Shown here piece after piece: positions 22,513-27,834 of a DNA stretch of 27,834 nucleotides (its first letter is position 1; every line of letters starts with the position of its first letter). The notes below the pieces were generated by a model. The model did not search any database and was not told the DNA's origin. It saw only the letters and a program-made list of their open reading frames with translations. The position numbers and the translations under genes are program-made. This DNA comes from Candidatus Moraniibacteriota bacterium (GTDB lineage: Bacteria > Patescibacteriota > Minisyncoccia > JAHIHE01 > JAGLIN01). The stretch is from the NCBI GenBank assembly GCA_030641185.1, contig DAOWHY010000016.1, forward strand, positions 1 through 27,834, written 5' to 3'.

Positions 22513-22603
22513 TTTAGTATCTTAATAGAATTTATTTTTTAGGATCTCAAAAAATGGCTTAAATAGGCAAAGTTTTATAAAAACCTTAAAGGGTAAATAG
22601 ACC

Positions 22604-22978
22604 TTAGACAGCTTTATTTTTGTAATCCTCAATCGCCTTATGTAAAGCATCAGCCGCCAAATTGGAACAGTGCATTTTCATAGGTGGAAGTCCTTCCAGA
22701 CTTTCTGCCACATCTTTGTTGTTAATTTTCATTGCTTCGTCTAAAGTTTTTCCCTTGGCCAAATCTGTGATCATTGAAGAAGTGGCAATTGCCGCCGCGC
22801 ATCCCAGCGTCTCAAATTTTATATCTTTAATTATGTTTTTTTTCTTGTCTGCTTTAATATAAACTTTCATTATATCTCCGCAAACAGGATTTCCCACTTT
22901 TCCAATTCCATCGGCTGATTTAATTTTACCATAATTATGAGGATTTGTAAAATGTTCTATTACTTTTTTAGTATACAT
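22604..22978 (-). CDS. iscU: IscU/NifU-like Fe-S cluster scaffold
   Basis: MYTKKVIEHFTNPHNYGKI...GNPVCGDIMKVYI...TLGCAAAIATSS...MHCSNLAADAL contains the three conserved Cys. The ATG at 22978 is preferred over the TTG at 22993. Confidence 0.85.
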   Translation of the reverse strand: MYTKKVIEHFTNPHNYGKIKSADGIGKVGNPVCGDIMKVYIKADKKKNIIKDIKFETLGCAAAIATSSMITDLAKGKTLDEAMKINNKDVAESLEGLPPMKMHCSNLAADALHKAIEDYKNKAV

Positions 22979-22996
22979 ATTTTTAATTTTCAATTT

Positions 22997-23493
22997 AAAC
23001 CTGTCATTGCGAGGAGCCTGAACGAACGCAGTGAGTGAGATGGCAACAAAGCAATCCCGAAACTACACGCAAGAATCAAATTATAAAGTTATTTTATTTA
23101 TTTTAAACCCTTAGCTTCCTCGATCAAGTCCTTTCATTCTGGATTCATTTTTTCAATAAATTCTATTTTCTTTTTTCTTGATCCCGCTTTTATTTGTTTT
23201 TCTCTGGTGATAGCTATTTTAATATCATTACATACTTCATAATAAACGATCGTGTCTATATTATATTTTGCGGTAAAACTGTTTTTATCAATTTTACTTT
23301 TATGTTGATATTCTCTTCTAAACAAATCGTTAGTTACTCCAACATATACCGTGGCGTGTCTTTTGTTAGTGGCTATATAAATATAATATTGCTTTTCTTT
23401 CATATCCTAAACAAAAGTTTTATTGGCTTAGATGCGGGATTGCTTCGTCGCCTTCTCACTTGCTATGCTCGTTCGGGCTCCTCGCAATGACAA
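22997..23493. mobile_element. Family A element carrying a GIY-YIG nuclease gene between inverted arms of about 60 nt
   Basis: The left arm is aaacctgtcattgcgaggagcctgaacgaacgcagtgagtgagatggcaacaaagcaatcccg. The right arm is gcgggattgcttcgtcgccttctcacttgctatgctcgttcgggctcctcgcaatgacaag. They are reverse complements with roughly ten mismatches. Confidence 0.75.
23134..23403 (-). CDS. GIY-YIG nuclease family protein (UPF0213/COG2827-like, 89 aa)
   Basis: YYIYIATNKRHATVYVGVTNDLFRREYQHKS...ITREKQIKAGSRKKKIEFI contains the GIY...YVG, R and E/K-rich tail hallmarks. Confidence 0.8.
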   Translation of the reverse strand: MKEKQYYIYIATNKRHATVYVGVTNDLFRREYQHKSKIDKNSFTAKYNIDTIVYYEVCNDIKIAITREKQIKAGSRKKKIEFIEKMNPE

Positions 23494-23500
23494 GTTGCAT

Positions 23501-24973
23501 TTAATCACCACTCTTTTCATAAACGTTAGCCGTTTTTAAAATCGTTTTTTCATCAAAATGTTTTCCTATAATTTGCATTCCAACAGGCATTTCTACATTT
23601 CCATTTTTTGGTTTGGCAAAACCACAGGGAATGGAAATAGCTGGAACGCCAGCTAAGCTTGCGGCGCTTAAGAAAATGTCTTCCATATATAATTCAAGCG
23701 GATTGTCGCTGTGCTCGCCAATTTTGAAAGCGACATTTGGTGAAGTTGGAATTATTATGACATCAACTTTTTCAAAAGCGTTGTCAAAATCTTTTTTAAT
23801 GAGCGCTCTCGCTTTTTGCGCCTGCAAATAATACGCGTCATAATATCCGCTGCTCAAAGCGTAAGTTCCCAGTATAATTCGCCGTTTTGCTTCACTGCCA
23901 AATCCATTTGCTCTTGATTTTAAATAGACATCCTCTAAACTTTTGACTTTTGAATTTTGACTTTTGACTTCACTGTAGCCGTATTTTATACCATCAAATC
24001 TAGCCAAATTAGAACTTACTTCGGATGGCATGATTATATAATAAGTCGGAACCGCGTATTTTGTGTGAGGCAAGCTGATTTCAACTATTTCCGCTCCCAA
24101 TTTTTCTAATTTTTCAATTGCGTTTTGAACAGCGTTTTTAATTTTGCTATCTAATTCTTCAATAAAATATTCTTTTGGAACGCCTATTTTTAAACCTTCA
24201 ATATTTTCGTTTTTTATAAACTCAAAATAATCATCAACTTTTCGATCAGAAGATGTCGCATCCATCTTGTCTTTTCCCGCTAATTCTTTTAAAAGCAAAG
24301 CGGCGTCAGAAACATTTTTTGCCATTATGCCTGGACAATCGGTTGAAGAAGTCATTGAAATAAGCCCATATCTTGATATTCTTCCGTAAGTCGGTTTTAG
24401 TCCGACAACTCCGCAAAATGCCGCCGGCTGTCTTATGGATCCGCCAGTGTCAGTTCCGATCGAGTAAAAACATTGATCCGATGCAACGGAAGACGCAGAT
24501 CCCCCAGAAGATCCTCCGGGCACTCTTTCTAAATCCCAAGGATTATGAGTTGTAAAAAAATCAGAATTTTCTGTGGAAGATCCGTGCGCGAAAGCGTCAC
24601 AGTTTACTTTTCCAAGCATCACCATTCCGCGATTTTTTAATTTTGATATCAAAGTTGCGTCATAGGGCGGAATGTAATTCTTCAAAATATTGGACGCGGC
24701 CGTGGTCAAAACGTTTTTTGTTAAAATAATATCTTTAATAGAACACGGAATTCCCAGTAATAAATTATCTTTTTCATCGCCAGATTTAATTTTTCGATCC
24801 GCTTTCTCAGCTTGCAGCAATGCGTAATTTTCCGTCACGGTAATAAAAGATTTTATTTTATCATCCGTTTTTTTTATTTCATCCAAACAAGCCGTTGTTA
24901 ATTCAACGGAAGAAAGGTCTCTGTTTTTTAGCCTATCACTGGCTTCGGTTATAGTTAGTTCGTTTAGTCTCAT
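23501..24973 (-). CDS. gatA: Glutamyl-tRNA(Gln) amidotransferase subunit A
   Basis: The amidase signature GGSSGGSASSVASDQCFYSIGTDTGGSIRQPAAFCGVVGLKPTYG is present. Confidence 0.95.
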   Translation of the reverse strand: MRLNELTITEASDRLKNRDLSSVELTTACLDEIKKTDDKIKSFITVTENYALLQAEKADRKIKSGDEKDNLLLGIPCSIKDIILTKNVLTTAASNILKNYIPPYDATLISKLKNRGMVMLGKVNCDAFAHGSSTENSDFFTTHNPWDLERVPGGSSGGSASSVASDQCFYSIGTDTGGSIRQPAAFCGVVGLKPTYGRISRYGLISMTSSTDCPGIMAKNVSDAALLLKELAGKDKMDATSSDRKVDDYFEFIKNENIEGLKIGVPKEYFIEELDSKIKNAVQNAIEKLEKLGAEIVEISLPHTKYAVPTYYIIMPSEVSSNLARFDGIKYGYSEVKSQNSKVKSLEDVYLKSRANGFGSEAKRRIILGTYALSSGYYDAYYLQAQKARALIKKDFDNAFEKVDVIIIPTSPNVAFKIGEHSDNPLELYMEDIFLSAASLAGVPAISIPCGFAKPKNGNVEMPVGMQIIGKHFDEKTILKTANVYEKSGD

Positions 24974-24999
24974 AAATTAGTAGTAAGTATTAAGTAGCA

Positions 25000-25030
25000 A
25001 GTATTAAGCACGACGACACTGCTTAATACT
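25000..25030. other. Intercistronic hairpin between gatC and gatA
   Basis: agtattaagca-cgacgacac-tgcttaatact forms a perfect 11-bp stem. Confidence 0.7.
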
Positions 25031-25032
25031 AT

Positions 25033-25329
25033 TTACATCACCTGTTTTACTTTAACATACCCGCCCTTCTCCTCTGGAAAATTATTAATTATTTTCTTTC
25101 TGGTATCTTCGTCACAATTATTAGCAACGTCTTCTCTGACAACATTAACCGAGCCAGTGACTTGCGATACTGGCTCAATATCTTTTGTATCTATCTCTTT
25201 TAGTTGTTCAATGTATTCCAAAACAGCTGATAATTCTCCAGAAAATTTTTCTTTTTCTTCTTCAGTCAATCCTATTTTTGCCAATTTAGCAATGCACTCA
25301 ACTTCTTGTAGCGATATTTTATTTCCCAT
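25033..25329 (-). CDS. gatC: Glutamyl-tRNA(Gln) amidotransferase subunit C
   Basis: MGNKISLQEVECIAKLAKIGLTEEEKEKFSGELSAVLEYIEQL is typical of GatC. The track start at 25395 is rejected as an extension. Confidence 0.85.
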   Translation of the reverse strand: MGNKISLQEVECIAKLAKIGLTEEEKEKFSGELSAVLEYIEQLKEIDTKDIEPVSQVTGSVNVVREDVANNCDEDTRKKIINNFPEEKGGYVKVKQVM

Positions 25330-25448
25330 TTTTAATTTTATTTTTAGCGATGAGTTTATTGATTTAAGCTTAACATAATTACTAAAACCAGACAATACTT
25401 ACTTGACCTGCCTGGCTGTAAATTTATAGGATCTTCAAGTACAAAAAA

Positions 25449-25478
25449 TTGACTAAAGCACACTTATAAGTATATAAT
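25449..25478 (+). promoter_or_regulatory. Sigma-70-like promoter
   Basis: TTGACT-N18-TATAAT lies 48 nt upstream of the ATG at 25526. Confidence 0.55.
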
Positions 25479-25525
25479 AAACAAAAGCGAAAGCATTTTT
25501 TCTAAAAAATTTAACAAAATAAAAT

Positions 25526-27040
25526 ATGCAAGAGATATCAACACGGAAACTTTATCTAATTGTTTTTTCAACCGGAGCTGTTATTATGATTTTAGAGTTA
25601 ATTGGCTCTAGAATTCTGGCTCCAGTTTTAGGTACATCAATTTTTATCTGGACCAGTTTAATAGGAATAATACTCGGCGCGATGAGCTTGGGCTATTTTT
25701 TGGGAGGAAAGTTAGCTGACAAAAATCCAAGTGTTAAAATTTTTTCTCTTATTATTTTTACCTCGGGGCTTCTTGTTTTTTTCATAATTATAATGAAAAC
25801 ATCAGTTCTTGAGCTCAGTGTCTTTTTGGGCATAAAAAATGGAGCAGTTTTTTCAGCTATAGCTCTTTTTGCGTTGCCGGCAGTGTTATTGGGAGCTGTT
25901 TCTCCATATGCCGCAAGAATGGCAATGAAAAAAGTTGAAAGCTCAGGAAGAACTGTAGGAAATTTATACGCCGTTTCTACTTTTGGCAGTATAGTTGGCA
26001 CTTTTTTGGCGGGATTTTATCTGATTCCAAATTTTGGAAGCACCAATATATTATACGCTCTATCATTTTTGTTACTTTTTATTTCTATATTAAGCTATCA
26101 TAGTAAAATTAGAACAATGAAAATGCTTGCGGGCTTTCTTATTCTTTTTGGCTTTTCTTTAATTGTGAGCGCGACAGAAAAGGAAGATTTTATTATAAAC
26201 GAGGACAGTGCTTATAGCCGCATAAGGATTTATGACAGAGAAGATGAAAATGGAAAAATAGCAAGAATAATGGGAGTTGAAAATTTTTCTGACTCTGGAA
26301 TGTTTTTAGATTCCGAAGAGCTGGTTTTTGATTATACAAAATATTATAGATTGGGAGAGGTTTTTAAAAAAGATATAAAGAGAGCCGCTTTATTCGGAGG
26401 GGCGGCCTATTCGGTCCCAAAAGATTTTTTGCGCAGGAATAAAGAAGGGGCAATAGATGTTGTAGAAATTGATCCAAAAACGACAGAACTATCTGAAAAA
26501 TATTTCCGTTTAAATATAAATGACGAGAGATTAAATATTTATCATGAAGATGCTAGAATATTTTTAAATCGGACAGAAAGAGAAAATAAAAATAAATATG
26601 ATGTTGTTTATAATGACGCATTCAGTTCGGCTCATTCAGTTCCTTTTCATTTAACGACAAAAGAGGCTGTTGAAAAGATTTATAATATTCTCAATGATGA
26701 CGGCGTATATATAATGAATTCTATCTCTTCAATTTCAGGTGAAAAATCCAAATTTTTCAGATCAGAATATAAAACAATTAAAGAAAAATTTGAAAATGTA
26801 TTTATATTTCCGATAATGGCCATAGAAAAAAATACAGCAGAAAAACATCAGAATATAATGATCGTGGCGGCAAAACGAGCGGTTAATATTGACGAGATTT
26901 TAGAAAACAATAAGGAAGGAGAAATGGGAGAGTTGCTTGAACATTATTATAAATATGAAATAAAAACTGATGACATAAAAATTTTGACGGACGATTTTGC
27001 TCCAACTGACTACTATGCTTCTAAACTCTGCACATTTTAG
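25526..27040 (+). CDS. Fused polytopic membrane domain / spermidine synthase-like protein
   Basis: The N-terminal 210 aa or so are multi-TM. The C-terminal part has AALFGGAAYSVPKDFL...VDVVEIDPKTTELSEKYF...YDVVYNDAFSS, a SpeE-type Rossmann fold. Confidence 0.75.
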   Translation: MQEISTRKLYLIVFSTGAVIMILELIGSRILAPVLGTSIFIWTSLIGIILGAMSLGYFLGGKLADKNPSVKIFSLIIFTSGLLVFFIIIMKTSVLELSVFLGIKNGAVFSAIALFALPAVLLGAVSPYAARMAMKKVESSGRTVGNLYAVSTFGSIVGTFLAGFYLIPNFGSTNILYALSFLLLFISILSYHSKIRTMKMLAGFLILFGFSLIVSATEKEDFIINEDSAYSRIRIYDREDENGKIARIMGVENFSDSGMFLDSEELVFDYTKYYRLGEVFKKDIKRAALFGGAAYSVPKDFLRRNKEGAIDVVEIDPKTTELSEKYFRLNINDERLNIYHEDARIFLNRTERENKNKYDVVYNDAFSSAHSVPFHLTTKEAVEKIYNILNDDGVYIMNSISSISGEKSKFFRSEYKTIKEKFENVFIFPIMAIEKNTAEKHQNIMIVAAKRAVNIDEILENNKEGEMGELLEHYYKYEIKTDDIKILTDDFAPTDYYASKLCTF

Positions 27041-27081
27041 CAAAAACTTGCCATGCTCCAGTCTGGGATGATGCGCAACTA

Positions 27082-27110
27082 TTGACACGACATCTGGTGT
27101 ATGCTAAATT
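27082..27110 (+). promoter_or_regulatory. Near-consensus promoter with extended -10
   Basis: The sequence reads TTGACA-N17 (ending TGC)-TAAATT. Confidence 0.55.
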
Positions 27111-27310
27111 GTTTTTATTGGAAGTGATGCTATTTTAATATTATTTAGGCTTTTTATTGATTAATCCGCGGAAATAAGTTTTTGCGCCACTGCGGATTAT
27201 AAAATATAAAGTTTGAAGGGAAAAAAGAAATTAGTATTAACAAAAACAATTTGATTTTAGTTATTGCTTCCATAAAAGAAGTAAAATTTTTTTGTAAGTC
27301 GCTTCATTTT

Positions 27311-27834
27311 ATGAGAAGTCATGTTACTGTTTTTGCAGTAATTTTTTTATTAGGATATGTTTCAATTGCAAACACCACTTCCAGCTATGATTTCCAGACA
27401 GGGAGTATGATGTTTAATTATCTAGATGGAGCGAACGGAAATAGCAACGAAAGAAAAAATAATATAATTATAAAAAATCCAGAAAATGTTACGGGCGATG
27501 ATGTTATGTCAAAAAGCCATACCCCCATCATTAGAATTGCCAGCGCCGATTCTGGCCTTATGGGAAATATGAGCGCTGGCGCGGATGAAGATGAAAACGG
27601 AAATTATGAGAAACTAAATGAAATGGGTATTGAAAAAATTTCCTCTCTTTCTCTTGTGCAAAATAATTCATTTTTATCTCCAGCCAGCTATTACGATGAA
27701 TCATTGGCCGATCTTAAATACGGTATAGTTAAATATGAAGTTCGATCTGGAGATTCTCCAGGTTCTATCGCGACATCTTTTGGAATATCAACATATACTA
27801 TTTTATGGGAAAATGATTTGAAAGTTGGTGATAT
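27311..27834 (+). CDS. Secreted LysM-domain protein, N-terminal part (runs off the window)
   Basis: Hand translation gives MRSHVTVFAVIFLLGYVSIANT... as a signal peptide. It ends in YEVRSGDSPGSIATSFGISTYTILWENDLKVGD, which is a LysM motif. Confidence 0.7.
   Translation, partial: MRSHVTVFAVIFLLGYVSIANTTSSYDFQTGSMMFNYLDGANGNSNERKNNIIIKNPENVTGDDVMSKSHTPIIRIASADSGLMGNMSAGADEDENGNYEKLNEMGIEKISSLSLVQNNSFLSPASYYDESLADLKYGIVKYEVRSGDSPGSIATSFGISTYTILWENDLKVGD

Noticed and set aside
25330-25525. Strand switch (all minus to the left, plus to the right) as a replication-origin signature
   Set aside because: The spacer of about 200 bp contains an ordinary divergent promoter arrangement and no DnaA boxes. 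A single divergence point is not evidence on its own.
22662-27088. Track ORFs 22662..22862, 23194..23490, 23613..23831, 24373..24555, 25157..25378, 25693..26001 and 26900..27088
   Set aside because: All are antisense to genes with clear family signatures (iscU, GIY-YIG, gatA, gatC and the spermidine-synthase-like gene).
1-27834. CRISPR arrays, rRNA genes, integrase, transposase or phage genes, known defence systems, and alternative genetic code
   Set aside because: There are no regularly spaced direct repeats with unique spacers. I recognised no rRNA-like or recombinase-like translations. Long ORFs with conserved motifs stay open under the standard code and terminate at TAA, TAG or TGA, so there is no sign of stop-codon reassignment.

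Overview
The window is AT-rich and tightly packed. Almost every gene from 1 to 25395 is on the minus strand, and coding switches to the plus strand at about 25.5 kb. All calls come from hand translation and reading by eye. No searches were run, and repeat boundaries are good to a few nt.

Housekeeping genes recognisable from their translations are tRNA-Leu(UAG), rnhA, lspA, a DksA/TraR zinc-finger protein, rpsA, yraN, lepA, obg, an IscU/NifU scaffold, gatA and gatC. There is also a cell-envelope glycan locus at 1585-9574, containing a DUF4012 protein, three GT4 glycosyltransferases, a Wzz-like co-polymerase, a CDP-alcohol phosphatidyltransferase and small membrane proteins. The remaining recognisable genes are an orphan solute-binding protein, a fused membrane/spermidine-synthase-like protein and a partial LysM protein. 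This gene set and the compactness suggest a Patescibacteria/CPR-like genome, but that is inference only.

Five things stand out:
1. An 89-aa GIY-YIG nuclease gene is framed by terminal inverted repeats of about 60 nt (22997-23493). The arms and inner flank of this element recur as three gene-less palindromic copies at operon junctions. This looks like an autonomous/MITE pair.
2. Several further palindromic repeat families share TGTCAT...ATGACA ends and fill most of the longer intergenic spacers. One copy supplies the stop codon of a gene. Small GC-rich palindromes also sit in frame inside lspA and two glycosyltransferases.
3. Four tandem paralogous TrbC/VirB2-like small membrane proteins lie at 20735-22512, with no other secretion genes in view.
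4. Two unusually long non-coding spacers are present. One has a near-consensus orphan promoter feeding about 500 nt without an ORF. The other holds two tandem small-ORF cassettes.
5. Short ACTT-type periodic repeats replace Shine-Dalgarno sequences upstream of two genes.
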